A stretch of 64,000 nucleotides of DNA from an uncultured Planctomycetia bacterium (GCA_964437495.1 CAYTGV010000003.1:17910-81909), one strand, 5' to 3'; counted from the first letter of the stretch, positions 48,845 through 59,569 are shown. Numbers and translations are program-made. The notes: generated by a model not told the origin, from the sequence alone.

Positions 48845-50446
48845 ATGCAAATATTGCATAGGTTTAAGGTGAATACTTGTAGATTGATCGCCATAGTGCT
48901 AGTGTATGCATTTTTATGTCCACAATGGGTTTATGCATTAGATGATGTTAATAGATCAGTAAAAATACAAGTTAGTAGAAATACTTTATCTCCAGAATTA
49001 AGTATTTATGATGCACAAGTACAAGAATTTTTTTCTGTGGGAGATCAAAATAGGCCGTTAGAAGGTAAAAATATTTTATTTACATCTTTTCGTTTTGATT
49101 TCACGCATAATTTAGGCGGAAAATCATCTTTAGATGGAGTTTCTTTGGAAACAATAAAATGGATAAAAATTTTTCGTAAAATGGGGGCACGCATATTTTG
49201 TTATGCAGGTGAAATTATCCCGACAGATTTTGATTTAATTGATGGATTTAAAGTTAATGAAAATGTGCATTTTCGCTCTGATACAATTAACGGATCAGAA
49301 AGAATAGAACAGGTGTTTAAGTTAAACAGAGATATGGATAATGCTTTTAAACGCGGATATCTTAATGATCAGGAGATGAAAAATATAAAAAAGATGCAGC
49401 AGGAAATTGCTGATGATTTACTTAAATATATGAATGAAAATAATATTGATCTGGTTGTCTCTGAAAATTCTAATGCATATCCAGGGAATCTCCCTTTTGC
49501 CTTAGCTCTAAAAGACGCGACAAAAGGAATTAAATTTATCAGTCACGGACATGATTACCCTTGGGAAAGGAAAAAATTTATTATTGCACCAGGAAGTAAC
49601 TTAGATGATCTGCTGAAGAAAATGCTTAACGGAAAAAAGGTAAATACTGCAGTTATTAATACATCACAGAAAAAAGAGTTAGAAAAATTTAATATGGATT
49701 CGATTATTGTACCGAATGTTATGGATTTTGATAATCCACCGGTTATTGATAAAGAAAAATTGACTGCATTCAGAAAGCATTTTTCGCTTGATCCGGAAAA
49801 AGATGTTTTAGTTTTATTACCGGTAAGGCCGATTCAAAGAAAAAATATCGATACATCTCTAGAATTGGTAAAACTGATTATGAAACAGGCAAAACAAAGA
49901 ATGCCGGGCAAAAATATTAAAGTCATGGTTACGCATCCCTCTGGTGATGAAGATCCGGAATATTGGCAGAATTTAAAACAAAAAGCGCGGGAGGAGGGGA
50001 TTGAACTCTTAGACGTTGGAGATCCAAAAGATCAAGGCCAGGGAGCAGAAATTTTTGAATTAAGCATAGCTTATGCAGCTTGTGATATTACTTTTTTCTT
50101 AAGTACATTGGAAGGATGGGGGAACGGTTTAATTGAATCTTTTTATTATAAAAAGCCAATAGTTGTGTACCCGTATTATGTATATATGACCGATATAAAA
50201 AAAGTTGGACCTGATTGCATTGAAGTCGAAAAAGCTACAGAGGCCAAAGCTGCGCAGATTATTGATTTGTTGCTAGATAAGGAAAAAATTAAAAAAGTAG
50301 TTGATTACAATTATGAAGTTGGACAGAAGTTTTTTTCCTTTAGAATTTTAAGGGAAAAATTGCTACCTTTTATAAAAGAGGTGATTTCTGTAAAAAATAA
50401 TAATAGTTTAGAGGAGAGGTCTTTTATCATTGATAGAGCTATTTAA
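48845..50446 (+). CDS. Signal-peptide-bearing GT4 glycosyltransferase (TLSP...IDRAI)
   Basis: DGVSLE, HGHD..WE, PVRPIQRKNI, EGWGNGLIE. Confidence 0.8.
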   Translation: MQILHRFKVNTCRLIAIVLVYAFLCPQWVYALDDVNRSVKIQVSRNTLSPELSIYDAQVQEFFSVGDQNRPLEGKNILFTSFRFDFTHNLGGKSSLDGVSLETIKWIKIFRKMGARIFCYAGEIIPTDFDLIDGFKVNENVHFRSDTINGSERIEQVFKLNRDMDNAFKRGYLNDQEMKNIKKMQQEIADDLLKYMNENNIDLVVSENSNAYPGNLPFALALKDATKGIKFISHGHDYPWERKKFIIAPGSNLDDLLKKMLNGKKVNTAVINTSQKKELEKFNMDSIIVPNVMDFDNPPVIDKEKLTAFRKHFSLDPEKDVLVLLPVRPIQRKNIDTSLELVKLIMKQAKQRMPGKNIKVMVTHPSGDEDPEYWQNLKQKAREEGIELLDVGDPKDQGQGAEIFELSIAYAACDITFFLSTLEGWGNGLIESFYYKKPIVVYPYYVYMTDIKKVGPDCIEVEKATEAKAAQIIDLLLDKEKIKKVVDYNYEVGQKFFSFRILREKLLPFIKEVISVKNNNSLEERSFIIDRAI

Positions 50447-50560
50447 ATGATTGAAATAGTTTGTTAAGGCCAGTTTTAGAAAATATAATGAAATATTTAT
50501 AAATAATTTCTGAAATTGGTTTTTTTATATAATTAGATAATTAAGAGTGATGGAAAAGTT

Positions 50561-52660
50561 ATGAAAAAGTTAAAAATTAAAACATTAAAAATTAGATTAA
50601 TTGCGTTGGTAATTGCTCAAATTCTATTTGTCAGTAATGTGAGTTTTGCGGATATTAGTAGGCAAGAAGCAGATGCCGCAATTTTTACTCTTTCTCCTAA
50701 AATTGTAGTTGGAAATATTGTCGATAGAATTATGTTGAGGGCTCGAGTGCTTGAAGCAAATATAGATACGGATTCAATTAAAAACATTAAATTCCAATTA
50801 GAGCAAGTTAAAAATAAAAAAGGAGTTTTGAAAGAAGAAGAATTGCAGGCAATATTTAGTAATCGAAAGAATGTTGTCGGGCGCTTGGCTGCGGCAATAG
50901 AAAAAGGGAAAAAATCTCATGAGGATATTACGCTTATTTTATACGTGATTGTCGATAACATGAAAACACTTGATAATTTACCATTATTTATTGCGACGGA
51001 ACTCAGACGTAATGAGCCGATAAAACAGAGGCGTAAGCAGGGAAAACTGGCTGGGCCGGATTTTGAATCGCTAAAAATAATTTACGATTTTTTTAAATTT
51101 GCAGTAATGTTTGAAGAGTGTCATGAATTATTGGAGATTAGGACAGAAATCATCAATAAATTACATGCTTATATTGATTTACATTTAACGGCGAATATTA
51201 AAAATTTAGATGAATTAGTAAATAAGTTTGATGAGCTTTATTTTTCTTGGCAGGATGAAGTAAAAGTTATAGAAGTTTTTAATAATAAACTATTAGATTT
51301 AATATTACAATGGGGGAAATTTACTTCGCATGCTGAGAAAATGTTTTATCAAGAAGAATCGCGTTTAAGTATTAATAAAGCACGCAGTAGGCGTTATTAT
51401 GTTAAATCGCGTGATAATAATTTACGAGAGGCTTTAAAAGCTATATATTGTGTTTTTCCAAGTACAAATTTATTAAAAATGTTTTTATATAGATTGCAAA
51501 ATAAAAACATAGAAGGGGAAAGTTTAGAAGAATGGCTAAAAGAATTTGATTGGAAAATGTTAGAAGTTTTAATGGATATATTTTATTGGAGAGAGTTAGA
51601 AAATGGACAAAAATATCAATGGCAGAGTGATTTCAAGGATGAGTTATTTTCATTGTTTGAGCAGGAAAAATTAAGGACGACAATTGTATTGTTAAAAATT
51701 GCTACTACGAGTGAGAATAAAGATATAGAAAATAGATTAATGCATCTTTGGGATGATTACAAAATTATTGAAAGAATTCTTGAAGTTTTTAGAAAACGGA
51801 TAACTAATGAGAACGCAGTAAATAGCTTTAGCCGTAGGCGTGAACGTATATTAAACAAAATTGTCTTACGAGAAGATTGGGCTAGGCAAGAAGCTGAGAA
51901 AAAAGAAAATGTAGTTTTGGAAAATATATCTCCTGTATCTTCAGTTTCTAAAGATTCTAACGTGATCGGACAAAAAGAGCAAACAGGAGAAAATATTAGA
52001 CCGGTGCTAAGGGCAACAGTGTCTAAATTAACGTATTCTGAGAAGCTTAAGCAAGCAGTGGATATCTTTGTGAAAGATTGTGTGCAAAATGAACGTCTAG
52101 ATGTTATTGATTTGTTTTCTTTTGATTTTGATAAATTTATTTGGGGTAAGAATAAATGTGATGCAGCAATTATTCCCGCCAAACTTACAGATGATCAAAT
52201 CATTCAGGTTCTACAACATACTAAAGTTAACGGGATAATTTGGATTTTAAACGGAAGAACTACGAATAATCAAAAGCATAAAGATAGAGTTGTAACGTTG
52301 GGTGCAGATTTAGGGATGAGGATTAATAAAACGAGAAATCATGGGTTTAGCGGTATTATTTGTACGGTTAGGAAGCAAAGAGTATTAGAGGACGATAAAG
52401 ATGAAATTATTGAGATGACAGAGATCACCTTAGACGTACAAAGTCTAGATACTCAAAATGCTCAAGATAATCCGGGTAATGCTACTATAATTAGGAAAAA
52501 AAGTAAAGATGAAGTGGGAATGAAATTTGCTTTACGCCGATGGGTAAGTGATGTAGTGAGAAAAAATCCGATTGTCAGTAAAATCTTAAACACGATTAAT
52601 GCAGTTAGTATTGGTAAACAAAAATTAGGTTTAGAAAACAGAATAGAGCAAGCGATATAA
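50561..52660 (+). CDS. Secreted hypothetical protein (TLSP...IEQAI)
   Basis: 699 aa, signal peptide, helical. Confidence 0.75.
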   Translation: MKKLKIKTLKIRLIALVIAQILFVSNVSFADISRQEADAAIFTLSPKIVVGNIVDRIMLRARVLEANIDTDSIKNIKFQLEQVKNKKGVLKEEELQAIFSNRKNVVGRLAAAIEKGKKSHEDITLILYVIVDNMKTLDNLPLFIATELRRNEPIKQRRKQGKLAGPDFESLKIIYDFFKFAVMFEECHELLEIRTEIINKLHAYIDLHLTANIKNLDELVNKFDELYFSWQDEVKVIEVFNNKLLDLILQWGKFTSHAEKMFYQEESRLSINKARSRRYYVKSRDNNLREALKAIYCVFPSTNLLKMFLYRLQNKNIEGESLEEWLKEFDWKMLEVLMDIFYWRELENGQKYQWQSDFKDELFSLFEQEKLRTTIVLLKIATTSENKDIENRLMHLWDDYKIIERILEVFRKRITNENAVNSFSRRRERILNKIVLREDWARQEAEKKENVVLENISPVSSVSKDSNVIGQKEQTGENIRPVLRATVSKLTYSEKLKQAVDIFVKDCVQNERLDVIDLFSFDFDKFIWGKNKCDAAIIPAKLTDDQIIQVLQHTKVNGIIWILNGRTTNNQKHKDRVVTLGADLGMRINKTRNHGFSGIICTVRKQRVLEDDKDEIIEMTEITLDVQSLDTQNAQDNPGNATIIRKKSKDEVGMKFALRRWVSDVVRKNPIVSKILNTINAVSIGKQKLGLENRIEQAI

Positions 52661-53394
52661 AATGCAGGGTCATGGTTGATGTGGCAGCTTGCTTTTAGGA
52701 AAAGAAAGTTTATTAAAATGAAAAAATTATTAAGACCACATAGAAATATTCCTAAGCAAATGGTTGTGTTGAGCAGATTAGAAAAAGCGCAGCAGCAATT
52801 AATTTGCAGAATAAGAGCATGAGAGCCTGGGGGCTTGGTTTATTATATGATTTGCATTTTTTTATCTGGGAATATGAAAAACCAGGTAGAATAATAAGCA
52901 TTGATAAATTATTTGATAAAATTCACGTAGGGATTGAAGAATTAGCCGGTTGAAAAATAAAAAAACTTAATACAAAGCAAAAACTGAAAGATGAATTTAG
53001 CCTGGTTGCACAGGAAATTTTGGCAGGAGTTCCGTTTTTTATAAGCGGCAGATGCAATTGCCTTGGAATTTAGAAGGTTAAACGGAAGAGATATGCATAT
53101 TTACTATTAAAACGTGAGGCTCCAGTATATAAATAAAATAGGGAGTTCGATTTAAGGGAAGGAGTGTAAATAATGAAATATAAGATGTTATGTAAAATAA
53201 CATTTTTTTAATGCAGACACTACTTTTGGTCAATGTAGCCATGGCCGCCACGGTTTTGCCTATGCGTATAAAAATATGCTCCAGTTGACTAAGTAAAGTC
53301 ATTTGTCTGCCTAAATTGGGATAGGGTTGAAATCATTGAGTATTCCATATGATAATCATTAGACTAATAGTATTAGCTATTTTACAGAAGAGCG

Positions 53395-54246
53395 TTAACA
53401 CGGATTATTTTTTTGTAAAAATTTAAAGATTATATCAGAGATACTGCCGATCTTAGAAATTGTTAGTTGTTCTCCCCGAATAGAAGGATCAATATCAAGA
53501 TCAAGTAGCATGGCAAGTATCTCTTTTTTATCTAATTGCCATCCTGCATTTGATAATCCGTTTAGCAGTGTTTTTCTTCTCTGCAAGAAAATAGCCTTAA
53601 CAACCTGAAAAAACATTTTTTCATCTACAACAAAAATAGATGGTTTTTCAAGAATCTCTAATTTGACAAGCGCTGAATCGACTTCCGGACTTGGCATGAA
53701 AAAATTTCTGGGGAATATCTCTATCAATTCCGTTTTTGTATAGTATTGCAAAAGACAGGAAAGCCTTCCGTAATCTTTGTTTCCCGGGCTGGCCACAATA
53801 CGTCGGGCTACTTCTTTTTGTACGGTTATGCAAATGCTGTCAATATACTTTTTTTGGTCTATAAGGTGCAGAAGTATGGGGGAAGTAATATAGTAGGGCA
53901 AATTGCCGATAACTTTTATTTTCTTGCCATTAAATATGTTTTTCAGGTCAAATTTAAGAATGTCAGATATGATGATTGTGGTGTTACTGAATCCGGACAG
54001 CTCTTTATTCAATGTCTTTTTCAAAAATCTGTCTTTTTCCAGCGCATAAAATTCACCGGCAAGAGGGGCGATAAGGCAACTCAAATTTCCAATGCCTGAG
54101 CCTATCTCAAGCACGCAATCTGATGTGTTTAGATTTGCCGTACTGGTAATTAATTCAAGCGCTTGAATATTAATTAAGAAATTCTGCCCAAACCTTTTTT
54201 TTGCGCGGATATGATTTTCACTAAGAATGTTCTTTATGCGGGACAT
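53395..54246 (-). CDS. rsmA: 16S rRNA dimethyladenosine transferase
   Basis: GQNFL, EIGSG.G, NLPYYI. Confidence 0.95.
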   Translation of the reverse strand: MSRIKNILSENHIRAKKRFGQNFLINIQALELITSTANLNTSDCVLEIGSGIGNLSCLIAPLAGEFYALEKDRFLKKTLNKELSGFSNTTIIISDILKFDLKNIFNGKKIKVIGNLPYYITSPILLHLIDQKKYIDSICITVQKEVARRIVASPGNKDYGRLSCLLQYYTKTELIEIFPRNFFMPSPEVDSALVKLEILEKPSIFVVDEKMFFQVVKAIFLQRRKTLLNGLSNAGWQLDKKEILAMLLDLDIDPSIRGEQLTISKIGSISDIIFKFLQKNNPC

Positions 54247-55279
54247 AAACTCTTTTTTTTCTGCGCTTTCGAGGCTTATTGGAGGCCATTTCAACTGCTA
54301 GTTTTATAGCTTCTTTCATCGCGGTTGGATTGGCTTTATTTTTACCGGCAATATCAAAAGCAGTGCCATGGTCAGGGGATGTGCGGATAAAAGGCAATCC
54401 TAAAGTAGTGTTTACGCCCTTGTCAAAGTATAATGTTTTAAATGGGATGCAGGCTTGATCATGGTACATGGCAATAATTGCGTCATATTCGCCCTGCCTG
54501 GCTTTCCAGAAAAGACTGTCCGCAGGAAAAGGTCCTTCCACTTTTATTTTTTGAGCACGGGCTTTTTTAATAGCCGGGATAATATGATCTTTTTCTTCCG
54601 AGCCGAATAATCCGTCTTCACTTGCGTGCGGGTTTAAACCGCAGACTGCAATACGTGGCTTTTTCATGTTGAAATATACGTTCATTGTTCTTTGAACCGC
54701 AAAAATTGTATCCTGAACCTCTTTTTTTGTGATCTGGTCAGGAACGTTTCTCAGGGGTATATGTATAGTTACAAGGATAACCTTCATCTTATCAGCGGAA
54801 AACATCATGCGTACATAACGGGATTTAAAACGTTGCGCCAGTATTTGTGTATGTCCTTGAAATTTGAAGCCGGCCAGGTTAAGAGATTCTTTGTTTATCG
54901 GAGCCGTTACTAGTGCGTCAAGTGAGTTGCGGGATCGAAGCAACAGACATGCCATATTGATATATTCATAGGCTGCCTTACCGCAGCGTGCGTCTATTTT
55001 TCCATATGGAATCGTATATGTAACATTACCCAAATTTATGAAGTTTATTAGTTCTTCGCTTAGTCTCAGCCTTCCGATATCTCCGAGTATATGATAATTA
55101 ATTGCCTTTTTCCCCAGCATTCTTTGTGTCTGCATAGCTACGCCATAATCACCGATAAGCAGAAAAGAAGCAGACTCTCTGATCTTTTTATCGTTAAGTG
55201 CTTTTAATGTTATTTCTGTTCCGATCCCTGCCGGATCACCTAAAGTAATTCCGATTTTAACCTTATTTTTTATTTTCAT
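54221..55279 (-). CDS. pdxA: 4-hydroxythreonine-4-phosphate dehydrogenase
   Basis: GDPAGIG, NPHA, MYHDQ, RTSPDHGTA. Confidence 0.95.
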   Translation of the reverse strand: MKIKNKVKIGITLGDPAGIGTEITLKALNDKKIRESASFLLIGDYGVAMQTQRMLGKKAINYHILGDIGRLRLSEELINFINLGNVTYTIPYGKIDARCGKAAYEYINMACLLLRSRNSLDALVTAPINKESLNLAGFKFQGHTQILAQRFKSRYVRMMFSADKMKVILVTIHIPLRNVPDQITKKEVQDTIFAVQRTMNVYFNMKKPRIAVCGLNPHASEDGLFGSEEKDHIIPAIKKARAQKIKVEGPFPADSLFWKARQGEYDAIIAMYHDQACIPFKTLYFDKGVNTTLGLPFIRTSPDHGTAFDIAGKNKANPTAMKEAIKLAVEMASNKPRKRRKKRVYVPHKEHS

Positions 55280-56243
55280 TTTTCTTTACCTCAATAAGAG
55301 CAGATTCTTTTAGTTTATTTATCCATTCATCAAGTTTTTTCTCTACTTCTTGGCCGAAAAGCTTATTGCGTATTTGCTCCTGAACGGTTTCCAGCGTCGG
55401 GATTACAGCTTCTTTTTTGCCGATAACTTTAAATAAATAATAACCATTTGATGTTTTTAATGGCCTTGTAATCGCTCCGACTTCAAGCTCAAAAACTATA
55501 TCTTCGATTTCTTTCCGAAAAGATCCCCGCTTAATATAACCCATGTCTCCGGAATCAACAACATTAGGAGCTTCGCTGTATTTTTCTACAAGTTCGATAA
55601 ATTTTGTTCCTTTTTGCAGCTCCTCATATATGCTGTTTGCTTTTTGCTCTATTTCTTCTGTATTGCCATTTATGCTAAGGAATATACTTCTCAATCGTAT
55701 CTGTTTTGGTGTTGTGAAATCTTTTTTGTGTTTTTCGTAAAACTCTGCTATCTCAACAGGGGAGACGACCATTTTGGAGATAACTTCGCGGCCTACGGCC
55801 AATTTAATTAAAAGCTGTTCTTCGTAGCGTTTTCTAAGATCAGGCAAAGTTACGTTTTGTGTATTTAGTATCTTGTCGAATTCTTCTAATGTTTTGAATT
55901 TTGCTTTTAGTTCGTTGATAAGCTTGTCAACTTCTTTGGGATCTACGCTTAGCTCTTTTCTTTTTGCTTCCTGCAGGATGAGCTTGTCTCCGATTAACTG
56001 ATCAAGAGTATCCGCCCGGGCAATGTCCAGTTTTTTTTCAAGTTCTTTGCCTGAGTATGTGTTTTTATACTGCTGATATATGGGGGCAAGGATTTCATCA
56101 ATGTCTATTTCAGTGATTGGTTCTCCATTAACTACGGCAAGAATTTTTTGTGTATAGCTGACTTGCTCTTCTTTGGCAATAGCAGCAGAGCATATCGATA
56201 AACATATAATAATGGCGATTAGGAAAGTAGAGGTATAGTTCAT
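55263..56243 (-). CDS. SurA/PrsA-like parvulin PPIase
   Basis: AVVNGEPIT, GDMG, surA-pdxA-rsmA synteny. Confidence 0.85.
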   Translation of the reverse strand: MNYTSTFLIAIIICLSICSAAIAKEEQVSYTQKILAVVNGEPITEIDIDEILAPIYQQYKNTYSGKELEKKLDIARADTLDQLIGDKLILQEAKRKELSVDPKEVDKLINELKAKFKTLEEFDKILNTQNVTLPDLRKRYEEQLLIKLAVGREVISKMVVSPVEIAEFYEKHKKDFTTPKQIRLRSIFLSINGNTEEIEQKANSIYEELQKGTKFIELVEKYSEAPNVVDSGDMGYIKRGSFRKEIEDIVFELEVGAITRPLKTSNGYYLFKVIGKKEAVIPTLETVQEQIRNKLFGQEVEKKLDEWINKLKESALIEVKKNENKK

Positions 56244-56329
56244 TTATATTATTCCTTTAAGAAAATTAACTTGTATAAAATATAAGTATAACATACAAAT
56301 GAGCAGAATTCAATAGAGAAATGCGTGGA

Positions 56330-58192
56330 TTAGATGGTTTTTTTTAGGCTTTCAATCGCCTGATTAAGCAGCTGGCAGTATAGGTCAAAGCCTACGGCCA
56401 TGATAAAACCGTGCTGCTGTTCGCCCAGTAGATTTCCGGCACCGCGTATTTCCAGATCTTCCATGGCGATCTTGAAGCCTGAGCCCAAGGCAGTAAACCT
56501 GCGGATTGATTTCAGACGGCGCTTTGCGTCAGGGTTAAAGGTGGCATGCTTGGGAGTAAGAAAATAGGAATAGGCCTGTTTGTCCAGCCTGCCGACCCGT
56601 CCGCGCAGCTGATACAGGTCAGCCAGTCCGAAATTCTGTGCATTATTGACGATTAGGGTATTAGCATTGGGTATGTCCAGACCTGACTCGACAATGGTTG
56701 TAGATAGGAGGATATCTATTCTATGCTCGATGAAATCGATCATTACCTTTTCCAGGTCTTTTTCATGCATGCGTCCGTGCCCGATGGCAATATTGGCTTC
56801 AGGAACAAGAGCGCTGATACGCTCATATATGGTTTCAATGTCTTTGATCCTGTTATGTATGAAAAATACCTGTCCATTGCGTTCGAGCTCGGTATTGATC
56901 GCGTTTTTCAGCAGTTCATCGTCAAAAACGCAGACAAAAGTCTCAATAGGCATGCGCATTTGAGGCGGAGTATTGATGGTTGACATATCCTTGACTCCCA
57001 ATAAAGCCATGTACAGTGTGCGAGGTATGGGCGTTGCAGTTAAGGTCAATACATCCACAAGCTCTCTGATATGTTTGAGTTTTTCTTTGGCCTTAACGCC
57101 AAAGCGCTGTTCTTCATCTATGACAACAAGCCCAAGATTATTAAAGAGTACATCTTCAGAAAGAAGCCTGTGCGTGCCAATTACAATATCTACTTTTCCA
57201 TTCTTAAGTTTCTCAATTATCTTGTCTTGTTCAGAGGCGGTTTTAAAGCGGCTGAGCATTTCAACAACAACCGGGAAATCTTTAACGCGTTCTTTTAAAT
57301 TATGATAATGTTGTTCAGCCAGGATGGTTGTAGGCACAAGCATTGCTACCTGCTTATTATCCATTACCGCTTTAAATGCAACCCTGAATGCAACCTCTGT
57401 TTTGCCATAACCCACATCACCACAGAGCAGTCTGTCCATAGGCCGGGCAGTTTCCATATCCTTTTTTGCATCAAGTGAGGCTGTTTTCTGGTCCGGAGTT
57501 TCTTTATACTGAAAGCTTTTTTCAAAATTCCTTTGCCATTGCGTATCAGAAGAAAAGGCAAAGCCGGAGAGTGAATTTCTTTTCGCCTGAATTCCTAGAA
57601 GATCCAAAGCAAAACTGGTAATGCCTTGTTTTGTCTTTGTCTTTGTGTTTTGCCATGTTTTTCCGCCGAGCTTATGCAGTCGCGGTGTATGGCCGGAAAA
57701 GCCGATATATTTTTGCAAAAGATTTTTCTGCTCGATCGGTACATAAAGCAGATCTCTGTCTGCATATTCGATTTTGATATGCTTTTTTTTCTTGATGCTG
57801 GTTATGCCAAGATATTTTCCAATGCCGTGGTCCAAATGCACGATAAAGTCATTTTTTTCAAGCTCTTCAAACTTATTAATAGAAAGGCGTTCTATTTTTA
57901 AATTTGACGGCGCCAGGCCCAAAGGCAGGATTATCAACGGGTTTTGATTTGATATCTTTTTCCCGGTTTCTCGTGAGAAAGTAAACAGTTTTTCGATTTT
58001 ATCAAAATCTATTTCAATGCGTACAGGGCTTTCATAATTTATCGCATAGATATCAATGACATCGCCGCGTTGTGCAAATTCGCCTTTTTCGCCGATTGCC
58101 TCCACTGCTTGATATCCAAAATCAACAAGCTGCTTTAATGTCTTATCAATGTTTATATATTGACTGGGGTAGAATTTTAAGGTTCTAAACAT
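56330..58192 (-). CDS. mfd: Transcription-repair coupling factor, compact 620-aa form
   Basis: RGDVID, VH.DHGIG, GDVGYGKT, DEEQRFG, QLRGRVGR, DLEIRGAG. Confidence 0.92.
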   Translation of the reverse strand: MFRTLKFYPSQYINIDKTLKQLVDFGYQAVEAIGEKGEFAQRGDVIDIYAINYESPVRIEIDFDKIEKLFTFSRETGKKISNQNPLIILPLGLAPSNLKIERLSINKFEELEKNDFIVHLDHGIGKYLGITSIKKKKHIKIEYADRDLLYVPIEQKNLLQKYIGFSGHTPRLHKLGGKTWQNTKTKTKQGITSFALDLLGIQAKRNSLSGFAFSSDTQWQRNFEKSFQYKETPDQKTASLDAKKDMETARPMDRLLCGDVGYGKTEVAFRVAFKAVMDNKQVAMLVPTTILAEQHYHNLKERVKDFPVVVEMLSRFKTASEQDKIIEKLKNGKVDIVIGTHRLLSEDVLFNNLGLVVIDEEQRFGVKAKEKLKHIRELVDVLTLTATPIPRTLYMALLGVKDMSTINTPPQMRMPIETFVCVFDDELLKNAINTELERNGQVFFIHNRIKDIETIYERISALVPEANIAIGHGRMHEKDLEKVMIDFIEHRIDILLSTTIVESGLDIPNANTLIVNNAQNFGLADLYQLRGRVGRLDKQAYSYFLTPKHATFNPDAKRRLKSIRRFTALGSGFKIAMEDLEIRGAGNLLGEQQHGFIMAVGFDLYCQLLNQAIESLKKTI

Positions 58193-58202
58193 AAAAGTAA
58201 AA

Positions 58203-58610
58203 AGTTATGAGTTGTGAATTATGAATTATGAATAACAGGATATATTCTATAACTTATAGGGGAAAGACACAAGAATAAGGTGAATTTGTGCTATCTGAAA
58301 AAGGTTGCGTGTAGGTGAGAACAGAGGTGGGGAATTAAGGCAAATAGATAATTTTACACTCAGCATGATTTTTCCACCGCCAAAGAACGGCGAGACTAGG
58401 ACGAGGGACGTTAATTCAAGTAAAAAGGTAAGCGGTTGAGATGCCCGTATCGTTGGGAAAAGGCAACGGTGAGGGCTAAAAGCAAAAGATGGATGGCTGA
58501 TAGTAAAAGTGTTTGTTAGGATTTTTAAACGCAATACTCAATACGCGATACACAATACTATTTTTTAATAACTCATAATTCGTAATTAGTAATTCATAAC
58601 TAGTAACTGA
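58203..58610. repeat. Three heptamer arrays upstream of mfd, the outer two inverted
   Basis: 58203-58233 (aattatg), 58528-58559 (tacNcaa), 58569-58610 (taattca). Confidence 0.75.
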
Positions 58611-58687
58611 GCATATTTGGCAAAATTGACTGAAATATGGTATAATTCACAATGTAAAGTTCTTAAGTTGTTATAATGAGAGAAGAT

Positions 58688-59569
58688 ATGAAAAAAATAT
58701 TCAAAAAAATCATAATCAGAATGCTGATACTTATTCTTTGCCTGAGTTTACGGGTAAACTCTGTTTTGGCGCAATATCCGGTTGACAGGGTAACGCTTTC
58801 CCCAAAGATCAATATTAGCTTGGAATCTCTGCAAAATGCAATCCAGCAGGTTGGCATTGATAAGTCTCAACTTACTGTCGAAGCCTTGCCTGAATGGCTG
58901 AATCTGGAGGAACTGGAAAATCTAAAGGGACTAAAGATCACCCGTTCTATAATAACTGATCAGATTTCAACTATTGACAGTGATGAAGGTAACGAGCGCT
59001 TTGATAGGATTAAATTTAAATTTTCATATTTGGATGATGCGGGCAATGATTTTCAAGCAGGGGAGATAACTCTTTGGAAATATCATCGTCCAGAGGGAGT
59101 TCGTTTATTTTTGCACAAATCAAATCGTTTTAATGTTCGTGTGGTTAGATTTAAGCCCAATTTACCCAGAGGTAAGGCAGTTAAGGAGCCGGGAGGAAGA
59201 GTGCAAAAGGCCGGCATAGGCATCAGCATGCTTTGGTTCTTGCTTGCTCAAGAGCAAGGATGGCAGGATCAAAAAGCATTGATTTTTAATGCAGAACCGC
59301 CATCTCAAAGAGCATTCCAAAACATTAATGGTAGATGGAATAGCTTATTGTTCGTAGGAACGCCGTTTTATGCCAAAGAGCTCAGGCTGGCGCCTTTAGT
59401 GCATGTAGGTTTTAATATTCCAAAATTAACTAAAGCGCAGATGAGAATAGTTAAGGATTTCTTTGAAAATAAGGTTGATTTTATAGATGAAACTGAACAA
59501 AAAATAATTATTCCCTTTATCAACTTCCTATCTTTAAATACGCCTACTTCCATTGAAACCTCAATTTAA
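58688..59569 (+). CDS. Secreted protein, possible GNAT fold (TLSP...IETSI)
   Basis: Signal peptide; VQKAGIGISML resembles GNAT motif A. Confidence 0.65.
   Translation: MKKIFKKIIIRMLILILCLSLRVNSVLAQYPVDRVTLSPKINISLESLQNAIQQVGIDKSQLTVEALPEWLNLEELENLKGLKITRSIITDQISTIDSDEGNERFDRIKFKFSYLDDAGNDFQAGEITLWKYHRPEGVRLFLHKSNRFNVRVVRFKPNLPRGKAVKEPGGRVQKAGIGISMLWFLLAQEQGWQDQKALIFNAEPPSQRAFQNINGRWNSLLFVGTPFYAKELRLAPLVHVGFNIPKLTKAQMRIVKDFFENKVDFIDETEQKIIIPFINFLSLNTPTSIETSI

Noticed and set aside
52660-53390. Possible decayed gene fragments after the 699-aa ORF
   Set aside because: Only short interrupted frames are present; no family can be supported by eye
58247-58534. 95-aa minus-strand ORF upstream of mfd
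   Set aside because: Atypical composition, no RBS or recognisable motif; likely a by-product of strand skew
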